Positions 11,610-24,527 of a stretch of DNA of 64,000 bases are shown here, piece after piece. The DNA comes from the human T2T-CHM13v2.0 reference genome, Homo sapiens, in NCBI RefSeq assembly GCF_009914755.1, contig NC_060947.1. One strand, 5' to 3'. Both the position numbers and the translations under genes were made by a program. The stretch's first letter is position 1. Every line of letters begins with the position of its first letter. The notes under the pieces were generated by a model. That model did not search any database. It was not told the DNA's origin and was given only the letters and a program-made list of their open reading frames with translations.

Positions 11610-14475
11610 CTTTTTTATTTGGGCATTTACTGCTATAAATTTCCCTCTTAACATTGTCTTAGATGTGTCACAGAGATTCTGGTATATTGTATTTTTTTTC
11701 ACATTAGGTTCAAATAATTTCTTGATTTCTGTCTAAATTTCATTATTTACCCAGAAGTCATTCAAAATCAGCTTATCCAACTTCCATATCATGTATGATT
11801 TCGAGTGAATTTCTTAGTTTTAATTTCTAATTTATTGAGCATTGGTCCTAGAGAGTGGTTATTATGATTTCAGTTATTTTGTATTTACTGAAGAGTATTT
11901 CTTGTTTGATTATGTTGTTGAATTTAAAGTATGTGCCATGAGATGATAAGAAGAATGTATGTATTATGTTGCGTTTTGGTGGAGCATTTTGCGGATATCT
12001 ATCTGATCCATTTGATCCAGTACTGTGTTTAGGTCCCGAATATTTTTGTTAATTTTCTGTTTTCTGCCTTGATAATCTGTCTAATACTGTCAGTGGGATT
12101 TTGAAGTATCCCACTATTATTATGTGGTAGCCTAAGTTTCTGTGAGGTCACTAAGAACTTGCTTTACAAATCTGCATACTCCTGTGTTTGGTGCATATAT
12201 ATTTAGGATAGTTAGGTCTTCTTGTTGAATTGAAACTTTTACCATTATGTAATGTCGTTTGTTATCTTTTTTGAACTTTGTTGGTTTAAAGTCAGTTTTG
12301 TCTGATATTAGGATTGCAACTCCTGCTTTTTTCTGTTTTCTGTTGGCTTGGTAGGTTTTTCTCTATCCCTTTATTTTGAGCCTGTGGGTGCCATTACAGT
12401 TGAGATGAGTCTCTTGAATAGAGCATAACATTGGATCTTGGTTCTTTATCCATCTTGCCACTCTGCACCTTTTAATTAGGGCATTTAGCCTGTTTACATT
12501 CAAGGTTAGTATTTATATGTGTGGATTTGATCCTGTCATCATTATGATAGCTGGTTGTTATGCAGCTATCCTGTCATCATTATGATAGCTGGTTGTTATG
12601 CAGAAGTATTTGTGTGGTTGCTTTAGTGTCATTGATCTGTGTATTTAAGTGTGCTTTTGCAATGGCTGGAATGATCTTTCTTTTCCATGTTTAGTGATTC
12701 CTTCAAGAGCTCTTGAAAGACTGGTCTGGTGGTAATGAATTCCCTCAGCATTTGCTTGTCTAAAAAGGATTGTATTGCTTCTTTGTTTATGAATCTTAGT
12801 TGGGCCAGATATAAAATTCTTGATTAGAATTTTTTTTAAATAATGTTGAATATTAGGCCTCAATCTTTTCTGGCTTATAGGGTTTCTGCTGAGAGGTCTG
12901 CCATTATTCTGATAGGCTTCCTTTCATAAGTAACCTGACCTTTCTCTCTAGCTGCCTTTGAATTTTTTTCTTTTATTTCAACCTTGAAGAATCTGATGAT
13001 TATGGGTCTTTGGGATAATCTTCTTGCGGAGCATCTTAATAGGGTTCTCTGCATTTCCTGAGTTTGAATGTTGGCCTCTCTAGCTAGGTCAGTGAAGTTC
13101 TCATGGGTGATACCCTGAAATGTGTTTTCCAAATTGCTTCCATTATCCTTGTCTTTTTCGGGGACTCTAAACAGTAATTTATGTGGATCTTTACATAATG
13201 CCATATTTTGCAGAGGTTTTGTTCATTCATTTTCACTCTTTTACTCCATTCTTGTCTGACCATCTTATTTCAGGAAACAATTCTTCAAGTTCGGAGATTC
13301 TTTCTTCAGCTATATCTATTCTGCTATTAATACTCGTGATTGCATTATGGATTTTTTTAGTGTGATTTTCAGCTCTATCATGTTGGTTATGTTCTTCTCG
13401 ACACTGGTTATTTTGTCTGTCAGCTCCTATATTGTTTTATTGTGATTCTTACCTTCCTTAGATTGGGTTTCAATGTACTTCTGCATCTCAATGATCTTCA
13501 TTCTTGACCACATTCTGAATTCTATTTCTGTCATTTTAGCCATCTCTGCCCAGTTCAGAACCTTTGTTGGAGAGGCAGTGTAGTCATTTAGAGGACATAT
13601 GGCACTCTGGCTTTTTAAGTTATTAGAGTTCTAATGCTGGTTGTTTCTCATCTTTTGGGCTAATGTTCTTTCAATCTTTGATGTTGCTTTTTTTTATTCT
13701 ATTCTATTTGATGACCTTGAGGGTTTGATTGTGATATAAGGTGGGTTCAGTTGACTGGCTTTATTTCTGGAAGATATTAGTCGGGGGGCAAGCCTCAGTT
13801 CACAACTCCTGGACCATATACTCTAACTCTGGCAGACTCGCATCAGGCCCCAACTTTGTTCTCTTTTTCTTTGATGTTAGAAACTTACTACACTGATAGC
13901 AGGGGTTGGGGTGATAAGGTGCTCTCAGACTGCTGGTCACTACACTCTGAGGGGTAGTGCCAGACAAACCATTTTGTAGAGTGATGGCAGCAGGATCAAT
14001 TCTTCCTCACATGTACTAGCAGCAGCAGCAGTGACAGTGTTGTGGGATGCATGCTTATTCATTGTGGCAAGGTACTAGCAGGTGCTGGGGTGCCTGCCTT
14101 TATGTGAGTGTTCACAGCAGTTGCAGAGACAGCAAGGCTTGGGGCCCCCACACTGGCAACTTTGTACATGGTTGTGCTTCTGGTGGTGTTAGCATGGGGG
14201 CAGGGTGCTGATGGGTGCAGGTTCGTGTGTGCCCTGTGTGGCTGCCCAGGGTGGGGAAGAGTCCAGTTTTCTCTATGCCTGGTTTCACTCTAGGGGCACT
14301 GTTGGTGCTGGGGCAGTTCACCAGAAGGAGCAGGGCTGGTGGGCTTGATACCAGCCAATGCTCTGGCTTCTGTGGTGGTACAGCAAAGTAGGGGTGGTGG
14401 AATGCACTCCTGCCAGCAGTAAAGTCAGGAGAGGGTGCACACACACACATGCCCTGGCAGGGCAGGGAAGGCAAA

Positions 14476-14513
<38 letters not shown>

Positions 14514-15275
14514 ACACACATACACACATGCAAAGCCATATGGGGGTGGCCATGGGCTCCAGGAAAGCTGCAGTGAGAGGGAAAGAGTGGGTGTGCTAGT
14601 GTGTAGCCATGGGGGCTGCCCTGCTGGAGCTCTCTGTTGGTCATGCAGTAAGCCAGCACAGGAGCTATGATGTGGGTCCCCAGGTCACCCAAGGTGACAC
14701 TTCAAGCAAGCACAGCCAGGCTGGGTTTCTGGGAGACACCAGCAGACCACTGGATGTTAAGGTCAGACTATTCTTGTCTGGTGGGCAAGACTGCTCTGCA
14801 GAGTTCTGGTCTGACAGTTTTCCTAGGGCTAAATTATGGGAGCCAGGATAGATGTCTCTGGCCATGCTTCACTACAGAGACTCCTAGACCAAATTATCTG
14901 GGTTCCACATCTGCTGGCATGCTGCCCCTACCACTTCTCTAAGCAGCTGTCCTTTCCAATTCAAGTGTCCTTGATGGTCGAGAGGTTTCCTCTTGCCAGG
15001 ATTCCAGATATCCATGGTGAGAGTGGCTTGCTTTTTGTCCATTCAACTCACCCATTTCCCTGGATTCAATGGCAGTCAGAAACAAATCCTGGTGTTTGGT
15101 AGCCCTGTGCAGCGTTCCCAGCTTTCTTCCTCTTCAGCCTAGCTTCTGTCTTCCCTCTGCCTAACTTTAGTGCTTTCCCCTGTGAAGATCTGTCAGGAGT
15201 GCACCAGTCATCACGATCTCTCAGTGCCAGCTGTTGTCACACATAGATGCATCTAGTTGGCCATCTTGCTTTAAT
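11610..15275 (-). mobile_element. 5' half of an L1PA15-16/L1PREC2-like LINE-1 (5' UTR, ORF1, endonuclease region), 3'-truncated
   Basis: Minus-strand start 'gcaagatggccaactagatgca' (YY1 motif); ORF 12875-13204 is an ORF1 RRM remnant (NLENTFQGITHENF...KAAREKGQVTY). Confidence 0.87.
14478..14529. repeat. (CA)n microsatellite inside the L1 5' UTR
   Basis: Long CA run with two interruptions. Confidence 0.95.
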
Positions 15276-16109
15276 CCTAGTTTATTTTTATTGTAGGTAA
15301 TCTTAAAAAAATTATCTTTCTCTGGAAGTGTTAAGATTTTCAGTTTATCATTGTTGATTTTAAATGGTTCACTTTTTAGAATACTTTCTTTTCTTTTACT
15401 CTGCCCAACATGAATGACTGCCTTTATTCTAGAAACTTCACTTTCAGAAACTCCCTTCAAATGGCAGTTGGAACTTTTGTATTTATCTTACACATGTCTT
15501 AACTTGTCTTATATATTACATCTTATGGTTTCCTTGCTCAGTTTACTGTGGAATATTTAAAATATTATTTGCCAACAAACTGATTCACTTTTTAGCTGTG
15601 TCTATTCTATTAACCCCATCCAATAAGCTTATAATTTTGAATATTTCCTTTCCTTTCAAGATATTATTTTTATGTGTTTGTAATCCAAGTTTCTCTAAGA
15701 ATGTTCAACATAATTATTTTGAAAATGTTTATTAACTTACTTTCTCTCCAATGTTTAATTTTTTGACTCATTCAATATAAGACCTCTCTTTCTCATAATG
15801 TTTGTTTTTCAGAAATAATTGGAGGTTATCAATTCTGTGCAAATATTTGTATTTGACAATTCTTTTTTACTTGTATTTTAATGATGTTTTTTGTTATTTT
15901 TAAACTGCAGTTTACCTTCAGTGTTTATATAGACACAGACCCTGTTTTCTAGTGAAATATGTCAGTAACTTACTTTCTGGCTATATGTACTCTGAACTTG
16001 TAAGTCAGTAGTTTTATGGAATATTGCTGTGTATTTCTGTTCCAAGTATTCACACTTATTTTTTGGCTATGAAAACACACACATGCACACACACACAAAC
16101 TCACACACA

Positions 16110-16506
16110 TGGTTGTAGCTCAGGCTGCCATAAAAAGTGCCATGTATTGTGTTACTGAAATATAAAGATTTATTTTCTCACAATTTTAGAAGCTGAAAAT
16201 ATGAGATTAGAGTGCCAGCAAGTTCTGGTAAGTGCTCTCTTGCTGGATTGTTAATGGCTGTCTTCTCGTTGTTCTCACATGGCATTTTCTTGGTTTATAT
16301 ATTTGGAGAGATAGAGAGACAGAGAGAGAGAAAGAGAAACTTTCTCTTCTTATAAGACCATAAATCCTATTAACTTAGGACCCCATTTTTATGAACTCAT
16401 TGAACATTAATTACCTCCACAAACCCCAATTTCCAAGTACAGTCACTTGGCAGTGAGGGCTTCAATATATGAGTTTTGGAGGGGTCACAATTCACAATTC
16501 ACAACA
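16110..16506 (-). mobile_element. MLT1A/B-like MaLR solo LTR
   Basis: 'caggctgccataa', 'tttattttctcaca', central GA tract and 'agggcttcaatatatgagttttggagggg..caattc' are MLT1 hallmarks. Confidence 0.75.
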
Positions 16507-18609
16507 CACATACACTATAATGTATTATTTTCAGAATAAACATGGAAGGATGCAGAGAGTTATGGACATTGCTGTTCCAAATGCTGTTTCCTATTTAATT
16601 TTCCTGATGGACTCTTTTCTATTTATTTCACATATTGACTCTGAAGAACTAGCTTCCTTAAAACCTGTTCTTATTTATACTGTTTGGAATTTAGATGGTA
16701 CTTCCCTGTATAACAGTTTCTTTACAGATCTCATCTACTTTCAATTTGTTGTGTATTTTTCAAACTGTCAAATCTGCTGTTAATTTATTGTTGCTTTCAT
16801 ACACAGTTACTCTTTATTTGCATGCACTAATTTTGCCAGCATGACTCAGTTAGATGATTTAACTGATGGCTAATTGAAAAATAATCTGACAGAGAATATG
16901 TCATTTTCAAAATTAGTTGTTATAGCTTAGAATAAAATCATCTGGGGACCCCTGGGGGTGACAATAACAAGATAAAAGAGATCATATAGTCATTTAGATC
17001 ATATGGTTTTCATTTTTTAGAAAAAAATAGTGAAAGTTAAGATGGCCAATTAGATGCAGTAAGAAAAAAACATCTTTCCCCAAGAGAACAGGCCATTGGG
17101 AAGACTGGCTCACTCAAAACAGACCACCTTCAGTTGGAAAGCATTGAGAGTATATGGAAAGAGGACACAGACAATGGGCTGAAGGGAGAGAAAGTTGGGA
17201 ACTGTTCACAAGGATACTAAGCACCAGGACTCATTTCTGGCCCCCCATGCCTCCTGGGGAAGGGGTAAGTTAAACAGGTGAGCCATGGCCCAGTCTTGCA
17301 ACAGCACTCTGGAATCCTAGCTCTAGGAGACACAACGACCCCCACAGACAATTGAGATGTCAGAGAGAGCTTTCTGGAGAGGGGTCAAAGGCAGGAATAC
17401 AACCTGTGTGAAGCCCAGAAGATCTGACATGGGAATAGCTGCAGTGGAGTATGCCAGGTACAACTATCCCCAAGGCTCCCCATGCTGCTTTAGGTGGCAT
17501 TGGACTTTGGTCACTACTGGACTTGAACAGAGCAAGGTAGTCTTACATGTGGAATGGGACAACTTCAATATCAGCATCTCCCTGTCTGTTGGAATATTTT
17601 GGGGACCCAGCTTGGCCACAGCTGCTTGTAATGCAGCCTCAGATGCTCAACCAGCATGCTTCCTGGGGGCTGTCATCATTGCTCCTTCACCATCAGACCA
17701 CATCTAACCATCAGAAAGTTCCAGAACATCAAACATCACTGACACACACCCAACCACTCACAGCATCCACCATCACAGCCTATACCCACTACTTTGCCGG
17801 CATACATCTGTACATGCCCCAACCAACTGCAGTGCTGGCACATGTGTGTGAGCAGACTTTGTCTCCCCTCCCCCACAGGTGCATGTGTATACATACACTC
17901 CACTAACATACTGTTGCTGGCACAAGCACATGACCAGATGCTGCTGCTCCACCCCTGCTGGCTCCTCAACTAGGCACCCTACCACTCTGAAAACTGTGCA
18001 CCTCACTGCACTGCTGCTGCTGGCACATGCCTGAAGATGAGACCCTGCTGCCACTGCCCTGATGAAGTACTTCGGCTGGCACTTTCACTGGACTGGTATG
18101 GTCTGCAAACTGGAAAAAAATTTGGGCCTTCCAGTGCAGCAGCTTCCTAAGCTTAAGGGGCCATAGAACAAAGCTGGTGCTCCAGTATGAGTATTCCAGG
18201 AATATAGCAAACATCCCATCTCAGGAGTCATGAGTTGTCTTGCCCCCTTAAATTCGTGGAAATGAAGCCAGTCAACTGAACCCATCTTATAACACAACTA
18301 AAACTTCTAAGGCAACAAGGAATATAAAATCAAAAACCCAACTGAAAGGACAGCAATAATTGAAGAAACATCAGCCCACACATATGAAAAATAGCCAGAG
18401 TGCAAAAACTCTGGCAACTCAAAAAAGCCAGAATGTTTTCTTACTGCCAAATGACTGTAGTGGTTCTCCAGACATGGTTATTAACCAGGCTGAAATGACT
18501 GAAATGTCAGACATATAATTCATAATCTGTATAGAAATGAAGATCAAGATTCAGGATAAAGTTGAAACAAAATCCAAGGAATCTAAGTAACCCAATAGAA
18601 ATATACAAG

Positions 18610-19034
18610 GACCAAGCCAAATGCCCATCAGTGATAGACTGGAGAAAGAAAGAAAGAAAATGTGGCACATATACACCATGGAATACTATGCAGCCATAAA
18701 AAAGGATGATTTCATGTCCTTTGCAGGGACATGGGCGAAGCTGGAAATCATCACTCTCAGCAAACTAACCCAGGGACAGAAAACCAAATACTGCATGTTC
18801 TTACTCATAAGTGGGAGTTGAACAATGAGAACACATGAACACAGGGATGGGAATATCACACAATGGGGCCAGTTGGGGGCTAGGGGTCTAGGGTAGGGAG
18901 AGTATTAGGAGAAATACCTAATGTAGATGAAAGGCTGATGGGTGCAGCAAACCACCATGGCACATGTATACCTATGTAACAAGCCTGCACATTCTGCACA
19001 TGTATCCTAGAACTTAAAGTATATATATAAAAAA
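18610..19034 (+). mobile_element. Short 5'-truncated L1PA (about PA7-8) 3' end inserted in the host ORF1
   Basis: 'KKMWHIYTMEYYAAIKKDDFMSFAGTW' plus L1PA 3' UTR ending 'agaacttaaagtatatatataaaaaa'. Confidence 0.88.
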
Positions 19035-19748
19035 GAAATAGCCATTTTAAGAAAGAACCAAACTGATGGGATAGAGCTAAATATCTTAGTACAATAATTT
19101 CATAATACAATCACAATTATTAATAGTAGAAAAGACCAAGTTGAGCAATGATTCTCAAAGTTTAAGTACTTGTTCTTCAAATGAACTCAGGCAGAAAAAA
19201 TAAATAAAAAATAATAAACAAAACATTTGAGAAATAGGGGATTATATTGAGCAATTGAATATGTGACTCATTGGCATCCCTGACACAGATGGGGAGAAAA
19301 CAAGAAACTTGGAAAACAAGTTTGAGATTTTTTTTAATAAAAATTACATCAACCTTGTCGTAGAGACCAACATTCAAATTCAGGAAATGCAGAGAACACC
19401 TGCAAGATACTATACAAGGTGACCATACATAAGGCACACAGTTATTAGATTCTCCAAGGTCAATATAAATGGAAACATATTAAAGGCAGCTAGAGAGAAG
19501 GAGCAGATCACCTACAAAGGGAGCCCCATCAGGCTAACAGTGGACCTTTCAGCCAGAAACCCTACAAGCTGCAAAAGATTGGGGGCCTATATTCAGCATT
19601 TCTAAAGAAAAGAAATTCTAGCCAAGAATTTAATATTCAGCCAAACTAAGCTTTATAAGCAAAAAAGAAAGAAGATTTCTTTCCATTCTTTCAAGCAAAT
19701 GCTAAGAAAATTTGCTACCAATGGATGTGCCTTATGAGAGTTCCTTAA

Positions 19749-20052
19749 GGCCAGGCACAGTGGCTTATGCCTCTAATCCCAGCACTTTGGGAGGTCAAGG
19801 TGGGCAGATCACCTTAGGTCAGCAGTTCGAGACCAGCCTGGACAACATGGTGAAACCTTGTCTCTACTAAAAATACAAAAATTAGCCAAGTGTGGTGGAC
19901 TGTGCCTGTAATTCCAGCTACTCAGGAAGCTGAGGCGGGAGAACTGCTTGAACCAACTGGGAGGCAGAGGTTGCATTGAGCCAAGATTGCAACACTGCAC
20001 TCCACCCTGGGCAAGAAGAGCGAAATTCTGTCTCAAAAAAAAAAAAAAAAAA
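19749..20052 (+). mobile_element. AluS (Sq/Sx-like), full length
   Basis: Dimeric Alu with A-tail; TSD agagttccttaa (19737-19748) / agtgttccttaa (20052-20063). Confidence 0.96.
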
Positions 20053-23000
20053 GTGTTCCTTAAGAGAGTGCTAGATATGAAAATAAAATACTATTACTGA
20101 CCACCACAAAAACATACCTAATGAACTAATGACACTATAAAGCAACTACACAACTATGTCTGTATAATAACTGGTAACAACATGATGACAGAATCAAATA
20201 CACACTTACCAAGAACATTATTGAGCTAAGTTCCCCACTTAAAAAACACAGAGTGGAAAGTTGGATAAAGAAGCAAGACCCCAACTGTGTGCTATCTTCA
20301 AGATAACTACAAAACAAACTTTGAATGAACAATGATTATAAAAGACAAAGAAGGGCATTACATAATGGTAAATGCTTCAATTAAACAAAAATCCATAACT
20401 ATCCTAAATATATATGCATGAAACACAGGAGCACCCAAATTCACAAAACAAGTTCTGAGAGAACTATAAAGAGACTTAGATAACCGCACAATAATAGTGG
20501 GAGACTTCAACACCACTCTTACAGTACTAATTGAATCACTGGGACAGAAAACTAAAAAATATTTGGGACACAAACTTGACCCTTTACCAAATGGACCTAA
20601 CACACATCTAGAGACTCTCCACCCTACAACAACTGAATCCACATTCTTCTCATCTGCACATGGTGCACACTCTAAAATCAACCACATAATCAGCCATAAA
20701 TCATTTCTCAGAAAATTTTAAAAGGCCAAAATAATATCAACTACACTCTCACATTATGGCTCAATAAAAATAGAAATCAATAGTAAGAAGATTGCTCAAA
20801 ACCATACAATCACATGGAAACAAAACAACCTTCCTGTGAATGACTTTTGGGTGAACAATAAAATTAAAGCAGAAATCAAGAAATTTTTTGCAAGTAAAGA
20901 AAACAAAGATACAGCATATCAGAATCTCTGGAACACAGCTAAGACAGCATTCAGTGGAAAGTTTATAGCACCAAATGCCCACATCAAATAGTTAAAAATA
21001 TCTCAAATTAACAACCAAATAGCACACCTAGTGGAACTAGAAAAACAAGAGTCAACCAATGCCAAAGCTAGCAGAAGACAAGAAGTACCCAAAATCAGAA
21101 CGAATTGAGTAAAATTGAGATGAACAAAATGATAAAAAAGATCAAGAAACAACTAAAGTTAGTTGTTGTTTGAAAGAATAAGTAAGATTGATAAACCACT
21201 AGTTACTTTAATAAAGAAAAAAAGAGAATATCCATATAAACACAATCAGAAATGACCAAGGGGACATTACCATCAACTTTACAGAAATATTTTTAAAAGT
21301 CTCAGATAGTATTATAAATACCTCTATGCACACAAACTAGAAAACATACAAGAAATGGATAAATTCCTAGAAACACAACCTCCCATGATTGAACCAGAAA
21401 GAAATTGAAATCCTGAACAGAGCAATAACTAGTTCCAAACTTGAATCAATAATAAAACGTTCACCAGCTGAAGAAAGCCTAAGAATGTGATTCACAGCCA
21501 AGTTTTACCAGATATATAAGGAAGAGTTGGTTATATTTCTACTGAAAATACTCCAAAAAAAACTGGGGAGATACTCCCCTATAACTTATTTTTTGAGGCC
21601 AGTTTCACTCTGACACCAAAACCTGTCAGAGACACAACAGCAAGTAGAAAACATCAGGCTAATATTTTTCATGAGCATAGCTGAAAATATCCTCAAGTAA
21701 ATACTACTGAAGTGAATTCAGGAGCACCAGAATAACACAAGAATGCTTACTCTCACCATTCCTATTCAATACAATAATTGGAAATTCTAACCAAAGTAAT
21801 TAGGAAGAAAAGAAAAGAAAATGCAGCCAAATAGTAAGACAGAAAGTCCAACTATCTCTATTTGCAAATGACATGATTTTGTACCTAGAAAACAACATAG
21901 TCTCTGCTCAGCTTTCGATATCTGATTAACAACTTCATCAAAGTCTGAGAATGCAAATTATTGTGCAAGTATCATTAGCAATGACAATTTCCAACCTGTG
22001 AGCTAAATGAATAATGAAATCACATCCACAATAACTACACAAATATTAAAATACCTAGGAGTATGGCTAACCAGAGAGGTGAAAGATCTTTACAATGAGA
22101 GTTATAAAACACCACTGAGAAAAATCAGAGATGACACAAACAAATGGAAAAATATTGTATGCTCATGGATAGAAAGAATCAATATATTAATGTTAAAATG
22201 GCCATACTGCTTAAAGCAATTTACATATTCAATGGCATATCTATCAAAACTACCAATGACATTTTTTACTGAATTAGAAAAAAACCTTCTAAAATTCATT
22301 TGGAACAAAGAAAAAAAAAAAAGCCTGAGCAGCCAAAGTAATCCTAAACAAAAATAAAACAAAGTGAAAGGTATCACATTACTCAACTTTAAACTGTGCA
22401 ACAAGACTACAGTAACCTAAACAACATGGTAGTGGTACAAAAACAGACATATAGATCCTTGGAGCAGAATAGAGAGCCCAGATATAATGCTACACACCTG
22501 CATTCATCTGATCATCACCAAAGTCAACAAAAAGGCAATGGTAAAATGACATTCAATAAATGGTGCTGGGATAACTGGCTAGCCATATGCAGAGGATTGT
22601 AACTGGACCTCCTCCATTTCACCAGATACAAAAATCAGCTTAGGGGGATTAAATACTTAAATGTAAAACCTAAAACAATAAAATCAGTAGAAGAAAACAT
22701 AGGCAATACCATTCTGGACATAGGCCCTGGCAAAGATTTTATGACAGGCACCAAAAGAATTTGCAATAAAAGCAGAAATTGACAAATGGGACCTAATTAA
22801 ACTAAAGAACCTCTGAGCTGCAGATAAAACTATCAACAGAGTAAATAAACAATGTACAGAATGGGAGAACATATTAGCAAACTATGCATCTGACAAAGGT
22901 CTAATGTCCAGAATCCATAAATAACTTAAACAAATTAACAAGTAAAAAACAACTGCATTAAAAAGTGGGCAAAGACCATGAACTGACACTTCTCATGTGA

Positions 23001-23619
23001 CCAACATCCATATGAAAAAAAGTTCAAAATCACTAATTATTAAAGAAATGCAAATCAAAACTACAGTGAGATATCTTGTCCTACCAGTCAGAATGGTTAT
23101 TCTTAAAAAGTCAAAAAATAGCTGATACTTGTAAGGTTTCATAGAAAAGTGTATGCTTATGCACTGTTGACAGGAATGAAAATTAGGTTAATCACTTGAA
23201 AAACATTTTGCTGTTTTCTTAATGAACTTAAAACAGAAGTACCTTTGAACTCAGAAATCCTATTATCGAATATATACCCATAGGAATATAAGTCACACTT
23301 CCATGAAAACATGTGCATGTGTTTCTTTCTTGCAGCACTCTTCACTATAGCAAAGACCTGGAATCAACCTAAATGCACATCAACCATAGACTGAATAACG
23401 TGATTGTGGTACATATACACCATAGAATAATATGCAGCCATAAAAAACAGCATAATAATGTCTTTTGCAGCAACATGAATGGACAAAGAGGCTATTATCC
23501 TAAGCAAATTAATGCAAGGAAAAAAAAGCAAATACCACATTTTCTCACTTGTAGGTGGGAGCTAAACCTTGAATAAATGTCGACACAAAAAAAGGGAACA
23601 ATAGAAAATAGGACCTACT

Positions 23620-24527
23620 GGAGTTCGCGAGCCAAGATGGCCGAATAGGAACAGCTCCAGTCTACAGCTCCCAGCGTGAGCGACGCAGAAGACGGGTGAT
23701 TTCTGCATTTCCATCTGAGGTACTGGGTTCATCTCACTAGGGAGTGCCAGACAGTGGGTGCAGGTCAGTGGGTGTGCGCACCATGCGTGAGCCGAAGCAG
23801 GGCGAGGCATTGCCTCACTTGGGAAGTGCAAGGGGTCAGGGAGTTCCCTTTCCGAGTCAAAGAAAGGGGTGACGGACTCACCTGGAAAATCGGGTCACTC
23901 CCACCCGAATATTGTGCTTCTCGGACCGGCTTAAAAAATGATGCACCACGAGATTATATCCTGCACCTTGCTCGGAGGGTCCTACGCCCACGGAGTCTCG
24001 CTGATTGCTAGCACAGCAGTCTGAGATCAAACTGCAAGGCAGCAGCGAGGCTGGGGGAGGGGCGCCCGCCATTGCCCAGGCTTGCTTAGGTAAACAAAGC
24101 AGTGGGGAAGCTCGAACTGGGTGGAGCCCACCACAGCTAAAGGAGGCCTGCCTGCCTCTGTAGGCTCCACCTCTGGGGGCAGGGCACAGACAAACAAAAA
24201 GACAGCAGTAACCTCTGCAGACTTAAATGTCCCTGTCTGACAGCTTTGAAGAGAGCAGTGGTTCTCCCAGCACGCAGCTGGAGATCTGAGAATGGGCAGA
24301 CTGCCTCCTCAAGTGGGTCACTGACCCCTGACCCCCGAGCAGCCTAACTGGGAGGCACCCCCCAGCAGGGGCACACTGACACCTCACAGGGCAGGGTATT
24401 CCAACAGACCTGCAGCTGAGGGTCCTGTCTGTTAGAAGGAAAACTAACAAACAGAAAGGACATCCACACCAAAAACCCATCTGTACATCACCATCATCAA
24501 AGACCAAAAGTAGATAAAACCACAAAG
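23620..24527 (+). promoter_or_regulatory. L1 5' UTR: CpG-rich internal sense promoter and antisense promoter, with intact YY1 site
   Basis: caagatggcc at 23633-23642; many CpGs retained; matches the hominoid L1 5' UTR. Confidence 0.88.
23878..24072 (-). CDS. ORF0: L1 antisense ORF0, 64 aa (C-terminally shortened versus the 71-aa consensus)
   Basis: MAGAPPPASLLPCSLISDCCASNQRDSVGVGPSE...RVGVTRFSR matches primate L1 ORF0. Confidence 0.85.
   Translation of the reverse strand: MAGAPPPASLLPCSLISDCCASNQRDSVGVGPSEQGAGYNLVVHHFLSRSEKHNIRVGVTRFSR

Noticed and set aside
14108-15102. Cluster of overlapping ORFs in GC-richer sequence
   Set aside because: Lies in an old L1 5' UTR with a (CA)n tract; no coherent protein
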